The notes: generated by a model from the letters alone, not told the origin. A stretch of DNA of 63,995 nucleotides, filler included, from Lama guanicoe (GCA_013239625.1; 176 parts of 176 records of this genome joined end to end with filler, not necessarily neighbours in it), one strand, 5' to 3'. Numbered from the whole stretch's first letter, positions 1-11,514 are shown. A program made the numbers and translations.

Positions 1-364
1 GGAGAGGGAGACAGCAGCAGGTGCTCCGAGCACTGGCCATGCAACCAGCAGTTCAAGAAGCACTTCAATACTCCCTGTGTGCTCCAGGTATGATGCCGAG
101 CAAACACACAGGACTAAAATCTTGGCTCCCAATTTTGCATACATTGCATTGAACTATACAGGCGGTGCCCAAGCAAGTAGAGCTCTTGGAGGATTTACAG
201 GCATGTAACTTCTAACTTCAAGGAGTATTTTCTCAATATTTTGATACAATTTTGATTTTTTTTTNNNNNNNNNNNNNNNNNNNNNNNNNNNNNNNNNNNN
301 NNNNNNNNTTAATTAATTAANNNNNNNNNNNNNNNNNNNNNNNNNNNNNNNNNNNNNNNNNNNN

Positions 365-628
365 TTTTTTTAACCAAGGGTGAACTTACCTTGACACATA
401 AGAATCACCCCAAGTCCATAGTTTAACTTAGGGTTAACTTTTGGTATCGCATATTCTATGGGTTTGGACAGAGGTATAATGTAGAGTGACCACCATTATT
501 GTATCCCACAGAATATTTTCACTGTCTTAAACTTCCTCTTAGCTCTGCCTATTCATCTCTCCCCACCCCAAGCCTGGCAATTGCTAATCTTTTTATTGTC
601 TCCATAGTTTTGCCTTTTCCAGAATATC
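365..628 (-). mobile_element. Old LINE-1 3' UTR fragment (L1MB/L1MC-like)
   Basis: Typical antisense L1 3' motifs: 'attctatgggtttggaca', 'ctggcaattgctaatctttttattgtctccatagttttgccttttccagaat'. Confidence 0.75.
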
Positions 629-2184
629 NNNNNNNNNNNNNNNNNNNNNNNNNNNNNNNNNNNNNNNNNNNNTTAATTAATTAANNNNNNNNNNNNNNNN
701 NNNNNNNNNNNNNNNNNNNNNNNNNNNNACCTGTTGTTCTATCTGTGAGGTGATACTGTGGTCCTTCCTTCCTTCCTATTCCTCTTAATCAGTCTTCATG
801 GTCTGTGCTGTGCTCTCTGTCCACACACTTGATGTCAGTGTCTTATGTATATTTCCATCTTGCATTCCATGTGTATGAATAGTGACAACTTAAGTTTTCA
901 TATTGTTATTGCTATAACTTGTACTTATCTAGTGCCCATATGAATGTTTGAAGTATTCTGAATTATTTACCACTAAAATGAACTTCATAATCNNNNNNNN
1001 NNNNNNNNNNNNNNNNNNNNNNNNNNNNNNNNNNNNTTAATTAATTAANNNNNNNNNNNNNNNNNNNNNNNNNNNNNNNNNNNNNNNNNNNNTAAATGCA
1101 TTATAAAGAAGTTTTCTTTCACAAAACTACATCCCCCTGTGTTTTTGCTCTGTGATAAATTTAGCTGTCATTTAAATTGGAATTTGAGTTATTTATGTGT
1201 GATAAAGATCCTTGTGCTTAAAAAGGCTGTCTTTTTTTAACAGTTCTTTTATTTTTTTAAAAAGATTCCCTTACTAAGCTTTTTTTTTTTTTTTACTTTT
1301 TTTCATTGTATAAAACCCAAAACCTAATGAAATATATCTCCAGGTTTTAGAAGAGCNNNNNNNNNNNNNNNNNNNNNNNNNNNNNNNNNNNNNNNNNNNN
1401 TTAATTAATTAANNNNNNNNNNNNNNNNNNNNNNNNNNNNNNNNNNNNNNNNNNNNTATCGCTTAAGGTCTAGCAGGAAAAACAGAAATTAAACAAGTAA
1501 TTACACAATTTTACTTATTGTTGCAATAAGGACCAGGAAGGCAAATAAAGTGTATGGTGAGAATCTAACAGCAGGAGATAGTTTGGAAGATGGAGGTGGT
1601 CAGCTGGTTGGGAATTGTTCAGGTAAAAGTCTGGGAATGGTTACAGGCAGAGAGAAAGGCTTATGGGGAAGCCAGAAACTGGGAAAGCCGTTGGTACTTG
1701 AGAGAGAACTGAGATAAACCNNNNNNNNNNNNNNNNNNNNNNNNNNNNNNNNNNNNNNNNNNNNTTAATTAATTAANNNNNNNNNNNNNNNNNNNNNNNN
1801 NNNNNNNNNNNNNNNNNNNNAACCCCGAACAGATGCAGGAATACCCTTCTGGAACAGGCCGGGGGCAAGTAAGAGGAGTCAATACACAGAGATTCAGAAG
1901 GGATTTACAGAGTGGACGCCGGCTGCCTTTTCCTTAAAGGCTCAGGAAGGAGCGTGCTGAGAGGGGCGCACTGGGAGCCGGGCCTTGGGGAAAGCGGTGC
2001 ACCTGAGCCCCGACAGTGATGGAAGGAGAACGCATTACGTTATTTTCTAAAATGACCTATCAGTAGACAATTAAATTCCTTAAANNNNNNNNNNNNNNNN
2101 NNNNNNNNNNNNNNNNNNNNNNNNNNNNTTAATTAATTAANNNNNNNNNNNNNNNNNNNNNNNNNNNNNNNNNNNNNNNNNNNN

Positions 2185-2448
2185 GAGTTCTGCCAGCCGG
2201 CCTTGCTGCCTGGGTAGAAGGGGAAGCTGTGAGCCAGGATATGTGCCTGAGCGTGAGCTTGCGCTCCAGCGCGCTCTGGATTGTCATGGCCATAGGCCCC
2301 GATTTCGAGTAGGGTGGCCGGACCACCATCATCAGGTCCTCGCCGCCAGCCACGGACTGCCAGACCAGGTCTGCCGGCGGCGGCAGCGGCTCGCCCTGAG
2401 GGCGAGGCGGTCGCGGGCTGCGCGAAGGGCCGCTGCGCGCAGCCGAAG
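2185..2448 (-). pseudogene. FOXI3: Degenerate FOXI3-like forkhead gene fragment with two frameshifts
   Basis: Minus strand gives [12 protein letters not shown] / [44 protein letters not shown] / [15 protein letters not shown] in three segments separated by frameshifts. This is collinear with FOXI3 as I recall it (QRPFAQPA...REDLMKMVRPPYSYSALIAMAIQSAPERKLTLSHIYQFVADSFPFYQRSKAGWQNS). Confidence 0.85.
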
Positions 2449-2912
2449 NNNNNNNNNNNNNNNNNNNNNNNNNNNNNNNNNNNNNNNNNNNNTTAATTAA
2501 TTAANNNNNNNNNNNNNNNNNNNNNNNNNNNNNNNNNNNNNNNNNNNNATCATGTACTCTGATTTATTTTTCAATTATTTGTGTATGTCATTGTGGAGTT
2601 AATATATCTTTGAGGAGAGGTTTATTAAAACTGTAATTCAAATAGTCCTCTAGAAAAATTTGAAATTAATGTTGACTGTTATCTGATAAAACAGACATTG
2701 ATTTCACCTCTTTAAAGTGGTTGAAAAATCTAGTGTTAAAAGATTTGAGAGTTATGCTATTTTCTTGCTGTTCTTTCATATTTAAATTGGTAAATCCTTA
2801 ATTTTTTTTCTTNNNNNNNNNNNNNNNNNNNNNNNNNNNNNNNNNNNNNNNNNNNNTTAATTAATTAANNNNNNNNNNNNNNNNNNNNNNNNNNNNNNNN
2901 NNNNNNNNNNNN

Positions 2913-3176
2913 CTCCAGATTCCTCCCTTCTCTCTGCTCCTCCTGTCCATCTGTCTCCCACTACTTTTCCCCTCCTCTCCACCCGCTCTCATCTTCTCCC
3001 TCTCCCTCCCTCGCTGTCCTACCTTCTCTAGCAGAACTCAGAGGGGATCTCTGCCCCTCCTACGCATGCGCAGTCGGTGCTAGCTGGTCCGCTGGTTGGA
3101 AGCTCCATCTCCAAGCCAGGGATCGGACCAAAGGCTTCTCAGCTCTGTAGCCCGGTAGGCCTTTGGCTCCTGCCTG
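2913..3176. promoter_or_regulatory. Possible promoter fragment: polypyrimidine tract then an NRF1-type motif
   Basis: 'acgcatgcgca' at 3062-3072 resembles the NRF1 palindrome GCGCATGCGC; moderately CpG-rich downstream. Motif-level evidence only. Confidence 0.35.
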
Positions 3177-3276
3177 NNNNNNNNNNNNNNNNNNNNNNNN
3201 NNNNNNNNNNNNNNNNNNNNTTAATTAATTAANNNNNNNNNNNNNNNNNNNNNNNNNNNNNNNNNNNNNNNNNNNN

Positions 3277-3540
3277 AATACATTTTAAATGCATTTTCTG
3301 AGGCAAGACCTAGAGATCCCATTACGTGACATACTGAAAATGGCAAAACTGTGCGGGCAGAAACAGCTCAGGGGTTGCAAGGGTTTGGAGGCAAGGACTG
3401 AGCACCAGGGGACACGCAGGGGTTTTAGGGTGATGGAACTGTTCTGTGTGGCACTGCGTGGCGGGCACACAACTCCGTGCTCTGTGACCCGCACAGGAAG
3501 TACACCAAAGGCTGAACTGGACTGTCTGCAAACTGAAAAC
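3277..3540 (+). mobile_element. Old LINE-1 3' UTR fragment (L1MC/L1ME-like)
   Basis: 'atcccattacgtgacat...ggcaaaactgt...ggttttagggtgatggaactgttctgt' follows the old L1 3' consensus pattern. Confidence 0.65.
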
Positions 3541-4160
3541 NNNNNNNNNNNNNNNNNNNNNNNNNNNNNNNNNNNNNNNNNNNNTTAATTAATTAANNNN
3601 NNNNNNNNNNNNNNNNNNNNNNNNNNNNNNNNNNNNNNNNATGCCACAGTCAGATTTTGCAGACTGGCCAGGTAGAAGGGTGGGTCACTCCCCCTCCCAG
3701 CACTGTGGTCAGGGGCTGCGTTCCTGCCCATAATTCAGGGGCCACCCTCCTTCTCCTGGTGCCAGTCGCTTTGCTACTTTGTCCTGCTGTGCTCTCCGCC
3801 TCGGGTCGGTGTTCCGCAGGTGGGCTTGGGGAAGACTGAGGAACATCCCTGTCCCTGCTGAGGGCCAAAATCCAGCTCCTTGTTTGTCTTGGCAGAGCAA
3901 GTTTNNNNNNNNNNNNNNNNNNNNNNNNNNNNNNNNNNNNNNNNNNNNTTAATTAATTAANNNNNNNNNNNNNNNNNNNNNNNNNNNNNNNNNNNNNNNN
4001 NNNNCTTCCTGTCTCCCATTGGCCCAACCATGCTGGAAACCAGCTGAGTCTGCAGGGTTCAGCCCCTCTGCGATGCAGAGCAGAGGTGGGCAAGAAGTGT
4101 ATCTGAGGGCTGACTCTCGTGGGACTGGTACCTTGCCTTTGCCAGTTCTTTGAAGCTGAG

Positions 4161-4268
4161 CTGTGCTGTCCAGTATGGCAGCCAGTAGCCACATGTGGCA
4201 CTTGAGCACTTGAAATTAACGTATGCTCTACACGGATTTCAAAAATCTAGTATGGAGAGAAGTATGTA
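4161..4268. mobile_element. MER3/MER33-like hAT-Charlie fragment
   Basis: 'tgctgtccagtatggcagccagtagccacatgtggcacttgagcacttgaaat' is the characteristic MER3 core. Confidence 0.75.
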
Positions 4269-4368
4269 NNNNNNNNNNNNNNNNNNNNNNNNNNNNNNNN
4301 NNNNNNNNNNNNTTAATTAATTAANNNNNNNNNNNNNNNNNNNNNNNNNNNNNNNNNNNNNNNNNNNN

Positions 4369-4520
4369 GGGCCACCAGCCTCAGCTGGTAGCTGGTGTAG
4401 GGCTGGAGGCCCCCGACACTGGCCCTCTGCCCGGGCCCCATGTGCTTTGTCTCTGCTCGGCCGGGAGTGCAGGGGGTGGCCGGATCCGGGGGGCAGGCCG
4501 TGTGGAGCTGGAGCTCGTAG
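4369..4520 (-). CDS. USH2A: Usherin exon (C-terminal fibronectin type III region), 3' end cut by the contig edge
   Basis: After a pyrimidine-rich acceptor (ctcttatcccag) it reads YELQLHTACPPDPATPCTPGRAETKHMGPGQRASVGGLQPYTSYQLRLVA, matching recalled USH2A YELQFHVACPPDSALPCTPSQIETKYTGLGQKASLGGLQPYTTYKLRVVA; no stops. Confidence 0.85.
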
Positions 4521-5096
4521 CTGGGATAAGAGTGGACCGATAAAGAAAAGACAGGTAGTGGGGTCAGGCTAAGGTTCTCTCTCTCTCTCTCTTTTTTTAG
4601 CATGACTTCTCTTTTATTTTATTTTATTATTTNNNNNNNNNNNNNNNNNNNNNNNNNNNNNNNNNNNNNNNNNNNNTTAATTAATTAANNNNNNNNNNNN
4701 NNNNNNNNNNNNNNNNNNNNNNNNNNNNNNNNTAACAATTCTGCTGGTCTGAGAGTCCTTCCTACCCAGCACTCTAAAACCACAGCTTGTACCCTTCAAC
4801 GGAATAGGTACTCTTAGCTTCACATGCAAAAGCAAAGCCCTACCTGCCTTTTTCAAGAACCATAAAAGAGTATGCTACGTAAAACCCTTGGACTTCATAT
4901 TCTAAAGGCAGTGCTCTTGTATAAGGTCAGAATCTTCCCACCAATTGTCCTTTTATCTGCCTGCATGTTTCCCCCTGACATCAGGAATCCTGACAANNNN
5001 NNNNNNNNNNNNNNNNNNNNNNNNNNNNNNNNNNNNNNNNTTAATTAATTAANNNNNNNNNNNNNNNNNNNNNNNNNNNNNNNNNNNNNNNNNNNN

Positions 5097-5360
5097 AGCT
5101 CAATTTATCCATCTTTTACTTTTCATGGTTATTAATTTTGGGGACCCCAGAAAAGTTCCCTATCTGAAGTTTGTAAAAATGTTACATTTTTTCCCAAAAG
5201 CTTTATTATTTTGCCTTTTATTTTTGAATCTTGAGTGTGCCTGTAATTTAATTTTTTAAATGTGGCATTGAAGGAAGGATTAAAGTTCATTTTTTTCCTA
5301 TGGTTATCCAGTTGATCCCGAATCATTCATTAAGTGGACTGTCTATTTCTCTCTGCTCTG
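5097..5360 (-). mobile_element. Old LINE-1 ORF2 fragment
   Basis: Minus-strand translation DQLDNHRKKMNFNPSF...KIKGKIIKLLGKN resembles the L1 ORF2 C-terminal region. Confidence 0.7.
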
Positions 5361-5460
5361 NNNNNNNNNNNNNNNNNNNNNNNNNNNNNNNNNNNNNNNN
5401 NNNNTTAATTAATTAANNNNNNNNNNNNNNNNNNNNNNNNNNNNNNNNNNNNNNNNNNNN

Positions 5461-5723
5461 CCATTATAGGTTATTACAAGATATTGAATATAGTTCCCTG
5501 TGCTGTATAATAGGTTCTCGTTTATATATATAATAGTGTGTATATCTTAATCCCAAACTCCCAATTTATCCCTCCTCACCTTTCCCTTTGGTAACCATAG
5601 TTGGTTTTTTATGTCTGTGAATCTATTTCTGATTTGTAGGTATGTTCATTTGTATCTTGGTTTTTTTAGATTCCACATGTAATATCAATATGATATTGAT
5701 ATTTGTCTTTTTCTGACTTACCT
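5461..5723 (-). mobile_element. Lineage-specific LINE-1 3' UTR fragment
   Basis: 'ggttattacaagatattgaatatagttccctgtgct...cccaaactcccaatttatccct...tttggtaaccata' is artiodactyl L1 3' sequence; related copies at 12012, 55708, 62755. Confidence 0.85.
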
Positions 5724-5823
5724 NNNNNNNNNNNNNNNNNNNNNNNNNNNNNNNNNNNNNNNNNNNNTTAATTAATTAANNNNNNNNNNNNNNNNNNNNN
5801 NNNNNNNNNNNNNNNNNNNNNNN

Positions 5824-6087
5824 CTTAACTCCAAATGAAAGAATGCCTCTGGGAGACACAGTAATCATTCCACTGCCACCAAGTCACGTTTGATTGTCCT
5901 TGTCTCTGAATCAATAGGCAAGGAAGGTGATTATGGTATTTGCTGGGGTGGTTGACCCTGACTATCATGGACAAATTTGGTTTTTCTACCATAAAAAGGA
6001 AGAGTATGTCTGGAACACAGGAGATTCCTTAAAGCATATTTTAGCACTACTATAGCCTGTGACTAAAAGTCAATACAACACCCCAAT
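5824..6087 (+). mobile_element. ERVL internal region, decayed dUTPase
   Basis: Translates with stops to GDTVIIPL..HV..SLNQ*ARKVIMVFAGVVDPDYHGQI..KEEYVWNTGDSL, like ERVL dUTPase (AGVIDPDYQ...KEEYAWNTGDPL). Confidence 0.8.
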
Positions 6088-6915
6088 NNNNNNNNNNNNN
6101 NNNNNNNNNNNNNNNNNNNNNNNNNNNNNNNTTAATTAATTAANNNNNNNNNNNNNNNNNNNNNNNNNNNNNNNNNNNNNNNNNNNNTGCAGGGGAATTT
6201 TGATTTGCAACAGGGGCACCCACTTGAGCTCAGATGTGCAGAAAGTGTCTTCCCAAACATATCAGGTGCCAGAGAAGCTGCAGGACAGTCAGAGCCTCAG
6301 GCTAGGCACCCTGGGAGGTGCTCACAGGCCCTCCCACCTCTCAGGCTCCCCCATCAGAGACCCACTGCCCTGCCCATGTCCTGTCCTCAGGACTGGCAAC
6401 CTTGCATTCAGCTTCTGCAGGGGAAGTACCTCTGCCTTTCCCCCAAAACCANNNNNNNNNNNNNNNNNNNNNNNNNNNNNNNNNNNNNNNNNNNNTTAAT
6501 TAATTAANNNNNNNNNNNNNNNNNNNNNNNNNNNNNNNNNNNNNNNNNNNNCACGTGGTCTGTGCCAAAGTTGCTATCACCAGGACAACATCCCTCCCCC
6601 GTGTCTCCTCACCACCAGCCGTTGCTGTCGATGGCACTCTTACACGCATCCTATGAAGACATCAGAAGACAAGGTTTCGGCTCTGTAGTCCAGATTTTGA
6701 CAAAATATTTCTCATGGAGAAAACTACCCCTACTTCTAATTCTTCTTGCTTATTTCTGTACCCCAGTTTCTGCTTGCTTCTTTTTTCAGCACGGGGGCCA
6801 AAATAGCAATACCCTNNNNNNNNNNNNNNNNNNNNNNNNNNNNNNNNNNNNNNNNNNNNTTAATTAATTAANNNNNNNNNNNNNNNNNNNNNNNNNNNNN
6901 NNNNNNNNNNNNNNN

Positions 6916-7076
6916 GCAATTCAATCAGCTCTGCCATTTGACTCCTATGATGCTATTCAGGTTAGAATGTTGTAAGCAGGCTCTGCTGAGTCCTGATAAG
7001 AGAATCACAGTGTGGGCTCCGAGAAGTTTGGAGCCAGGCTCTGCTGTCCTCAGTGGGTAGCTACTATTCTTTAGAG
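6916..7076 (+). mobile_element. ERVL pol remnant (RT-RNase H connection)
   Basis: AIQSALPFDSYD...ESQCGLREVWSQALLSSVGSYYSLE versus ERVL VQAALPLGPYD...ESQCRPLGFWSKALPSSADNYSPFE. Confidence 0.7.
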
Positions 7077-7179
7077 AAGCTGTTCTCAAACTTTTTAGTC
7101 TCAGGAGTTCTTTACACTCTTAAAATTTACTGCAAACCTCAAAGAGCTTTTGTTTATGTGGATTGTATCTTTTGATACT
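7077..7179. mobile_element. Charlie1-type hAT transposon terminus
   Basis: 'gttctcaaactttttagtctcagga...tttacactcttaaaatt...caaagagcttttgtttatgtgga' matches the Charlie1 end; preceded by the Charlie-like target 8-mer ctttagag. Confidence 0.75.
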
Positions 7180-7643
7180 NNNNNNNNNNNNNNNNNNNNN
7201 NNNNNNNNNNNNNNNNNNNNNNNTTAATTAATTAANNNNNNNNNNNNNNNNNNNNNNNNNNNNNNNNNNNNNNNNNNNNTAAAACACTACCTATCCAGCA
7301 CTAATTAGTATTTCCAGAATGAAAATGTTAGAAGACACTCTTAAAGCTTCAAATAAAACAATGAGGCTGTGTTAGGGATTTTCCAATCATTTTTGGGAGG
7401 GGCTTGGCATACTTATTCAGCTTTTCTTTCTTCAGCTGGGATACCCCAACCAGATGTTTCAGTTCTTACATCCACTAATGCTAGGAACTCCCAGTCAGAA
7501 CGCCTTCCCTTCTCACTCAACACAGACTCACTCTCTTTCATTCNNNNNNNNNNNNNNNNNNNNNNNNNNNNNNNNNNNNNNNNNNNNTTAATTAATTAAN
7601 NNNNNNNNNNNNNNNNNNNNNNNNNNNNNNNNNNNNNNNNNNN

Positions 7644-7907
7644 TGAGATAATGATTTTCTATACAACACCCAGAAGCCTGACCACCAGGACCAGTTACAA
7701 CTTCCTACCGAAAATCACAACTCTCTACCCAAACCGCTAGCCCTACCCTTTCACAACCCCCTCCCTTCCCTATCACCTCAACGTCAACCAATCAGAGACT
7801 TGTGCACAAACTGATCACACACTCTGCGGCCCCCTTTGTGCCCGTGACACGTAAGCCCAAGGAGTTAAAGGTTACCCTCCCTAATAAAAGACCTCAGCAA
7901 CCCTCAG
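7644..7907 (+). mobile_element. ERV1-type LTR fragment
   Basis: CCAAT block 'caaccaatcagagacttgtgcacaa' (7785-7809) is 24/25 identical to 8886-8910; AATAAA at 7883. Confidence 0.6.
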
Positions 7908-8007
7908 NNNNNNNNNNNNNNNNNNNNNNNNNNNNNNNNNNNNNNNNNNNNTTAATTAATTAANNNNNNNNNNNNNNNNNNNNNNNNNNNNNNNNNNNNN
8001 NNNNNNN

Positions 8008-8635
8008 GGAAGGAAACGATCTTTTAAAGCCAGTCTAATTTTTAATTATTCCAATCGTGCCGTCGACAGATAGCTCTCTTGCTTATTTCCTGTGAACGAC
8101 TGTTTTCAAGCCCTAATTCATTTCAAGGTGAAATCGCAGGAAAGTGCACTGACTCCAGGCACCTTGTGAAAAGTCTCCTAGAAATGCAGGGGTATGGAAA
8201 GGAGGAATATTGAACCCGATGAAAGCAGTCACTTTGTGGAGTCCCAGAGGATGTCAGTGCATAAACATAAGNNNNNNNNNNNNNNNNNNNNNNNNNNNNN
8301 NNNNNNNNNNNNNNNTTAATTAATTAANNNNNNNNNNNNNNNNNNNNNNNNNNNNNNNNNNNNNNNNNNNNGGAAGGAAACGATCTTTTAAAGCCAGTCT
8401 AATTTTTAATTATTCCAATCATGCCGTCGACAGATAGCTCTCTTGCTTGTTTCCTGTGAACGACTGTTTTTAAGCCCTAATTCATTTCAAGGTGAAATTG
8501 CAGGAAAGTGCACTGACTCCAGGCACCTTGTGAAAAGTCTTCTAGAAACGCAGGGGTATGGAAAGGAGGAATATTGAACCCGATGGAAGCAGTCACTTTG
8601 TGGAGTCCCAGAGGATGTCAGTGCATAAACATAAG
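8008..8635. repeat. Two near-identical contigs (8008-8271 and 8372-8635), assembly bubble arms
   Basis: Same length, identical first and last 49 bp, 7 internal substitutions, all transitions. Confidence 0.95.
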
Positions 8636-8735
8636 NNNNNNNNNNNNNNNNNNNNNNNNNNNNNNNNNNNNNNNNNNNNTTAATTAATTAANNNNNNNNN
8701 NNNNNNNNNNNNNNNNNNNNNNNNNNNNNNNNNNN

Positions 8736-8999
8736 CATTCTTTATTGGACATGTTTCCCCTAACAAGCTAACAGCCCTAGGTAATGCCTAATCTCACAAT
8801 AGTTGCAGGCTGGCTTATTTCAGCCCACCTTATCAGAATCAAACCCCTCAACCCTTCACAGACCCTGAACATCTTACCTCACCTACAACCAATCAGAGAT
8901 TTGTGCACAAGCCAGTCAGGCACCTTGTGACCCGACCTTATCAAAGACCCCAACAACCTTCCTGTTGTCTATGGCAGGGCACACCTAATAAACTCCTTT
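8736..8999 (+). mobile_element. ERV1-type LTR fragment related to 7644-7907
   Basis: Shared CCAAT block at 8886-8910; AATAAA at 8987-8992. Confidence 0.6.
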
Positions 9000-9099
9000 N
9001 NNNNNNNNNNNNNNNNNNNNNNNNNNNNNNNNNNNNNNNNNNNTTAATTAATTAANNNNNNNNNNNNNNNNNNNNNNNNNNNNNNNNNNNNNNNNNNNN

Positions 9100-9363
9100 G
9101 CATGGGTGTCAGGGGCCATGGCCCTCTGCACAGACCAGAATCGGCATGTAACTTGTAGTTGGCCCTCTGTGTCTGTGTAGTACTGCCATATTTACTATCG
9201 AAAAAATGATTGTGTGAGCAGGGGTCCATGCAGTTCAAACTCGTGTTGTTCTAGGGTCCACTGTACTACACCATCTGCAGTCAGTAGGATTTGGTGGCGC
9301 AGGACCGTGGATGCAGAGGAACTGGGTATACAGAAGGCTGACTATAAAGTTATAAGTGGATTT
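9100..9363. mobile_element. Two Tigger2a-like elements in opposite orientation, junction at TA 9264-9265
   Basis: 9100-9263 ends 'gcagttcaaactcgtgttgttctagggtccactg', the reverse complement of the Tigger2 terminus; 9264-9363 matches the interior of the 48794-49021 element on the plus strand. Confidence 0.75.
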
Positions 9364-10191
9364 NNNNNNNNNNNNNNNNNNNNNNNNNNNNNNNNNNNNN
9401 NNNNNNNTTAATTAATTAANNNNNNNNNNNNNNNNNNNNNNNNNNNNNNNNNNNNNNNNNNNNATTTCTTGAGCAGGAGTGGACCTGTCCTCAGAGGATG
9501 GGGTGAAGATGAAGAGATGGGGTTTGGAGGCTGGCCAGGGGGACACGGGGCAGGGAGGTGCTGGTCTGGTCAGAGATCACACCACCAGCTCTGCTTTGCC
9601 GTTGGCAGCTGCTGTGGGTCTTGGGGCCTGGTGGGTAAAGCCATCCTGATGGTGAACTGTGACAGGGACCATCTGAACTGTGATGACCAGGACAACTATG
9701 TCCACCAAGTGCACTGCCTGCAAGGGGNNNNNNNNNNNNNNNNNNNNNNNNNNNNNNNNNNNNNNNNNNNNTTAATTAATTAANNNNNNNNNNNNNNNNN
9801 NNNNNNNNNNNNNNNNNNNNNNNNNNNTTCCTCCGTGGCTGCTCACGTATCTCTAAGTCCTGGTGGATGTCTGTGGGAAGTAGCTTTGCTTTGGAAGAGA
9901 GGCAGAGAACTTGCAGGGGCTGCCTCTCTCTGGCAGCGTCACAAAGCCTTGTAGTTGTGCCTCTGTAAATGAAGTACTGGATGAACAACTGCTGTTTTTT
10001 ATGGGGCGTGTCGGATGCAGCAAATGCTCTTCTCAGAGTGTGTGAATTCATTTGTCCTCACAAGAATCTTATGACATAGGTATTAACTACTNNNNNNNNN
10101 NNNNNNNNNNNNNNNNNNNNNNNNNNNNNNNNNNNTTAATTAATTAANNNNNNNNNNNNNNNNNNNNNNNNNNNNNNNNNNNNNNNNNNNN

Positions 10192-10455
10192 AGCCCTCAG
10201 CACTAATCCTAGAACATCTTCATCCCCCCAGAAGAACCTCGTTGACCCTTAGAGTCGCTGCTCACTCTCGCCTCCCCCGCGCCCTGGCAACCACCAGTCT
10301 GCTTTGTGTCTCCCTGGATCTGCCTGTTCTGGACATTTTGCATAAACGGAAACATAACACGTGGCCTTGTGTTTCTGGTTTCTTTCATTTCGCGTCACGT
10401 TTTCCAGGTTCGCCCCCATCACGTAGCCCGTGTTAGTATTTCGTTCCTTTTTGTG
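10192..10455 (-). mobile_element. L1MB-like 3' UTR fragment
   Basis: 'ccctggcaaccaccagtctgctttgtgtctccctggatctgcctgttctggacattt' is the canonical L1MB antisense motif. Confidence 0.8.
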
Positions 10456-11387
10456 NNNNNNNNNNNNNNNNNNNNNNNNNNNNNNNNNNNNNNNNNNNNT
10501 TAATTAATTAANNNNNNNNNNNNNNNNNNNNNNNNNNNNNNNNNNNNNNNNNNNNGAGAACATGTGGCTCTGAGAGCCACAGCCTGCCTGGACTTGGACC
10601 CAAATCTTTGAAAGCCCAGTCCACTGGTTGCTCCCCAAAGTGCTGCTCAACACAACTGCTAGATCTCATGGAAATTCTCACAGACGGTTGCAGACTAACC
10701 TCTAATGCCGTGGTGATGTTAGACGTCAGATGATGTCAGATTCCCCCTCGTGTCATGGGAATTAAGAAAAGGTGGGAGGGGGAGATTACACAGTGAATGG
10801 ACCATCCCTTCAACACTTANNNNNNNNNNNNNNNNNNNNNNNNNNNNNNNNNNNNNNNNNNNNTTAATTAATTAANNNNNNNNNNNNNNNNNNNNNNNNN
10901 NNNNNNNNNNNNNNNNNNNTTTGTTTTTGTTTTGTTTTTCCTGGATTCCACCAAATTTTTTCTTGATGATTGTCTTCTTGCAGCAAAAAAGATCAGGGGA
11001 TCAGTAATACGCTGTCTTTTTTTCATTTTAATTTCCCGTAAGGCTTATGAAACTGATACAGCCAAATTACGAGCTCAGAAGCACTAATTTAGGAACTAGG
11101 AGAAACCACAACACGTTGCAAAGGGTCATTTAACACTAGACTGGGAGTTAGAAGATCACGTTTTATTTTCCAGCTCTGTCTCANNNNNNNNNNNNNNNNN
11201 NNNNNNNNNNNNNNNNNNNNNNNNNNNTTAATTAATTAANNNNNNNNNNNNNNNNNNNNNNNNNNNNNNNNNNNNNNNNNNNNCATACTCAATTTTGGAA
11301 ACAAATACAATTATAGAAAGAGGGCAAAAAACGTATTATGGAACTGAATTAATAAAACCAAAAATAATAGCTCAGAGAAAAGTCAAC

Positions 11388-11514
11388 CACATACACACAC
11401 ACACACAAACACACAGAGACACACACACATACAGACATATACACACAGACACACACACATAGATACACACACAGACACACACACACAGACACACAGAGAC
11501 ACACACACAGACAC
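11388..11514. repeat. Compound (CA)n/(CAGA)n microsatellite
   Basis: Directly visible interrupted CA repeat. Confidence 0.95.
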
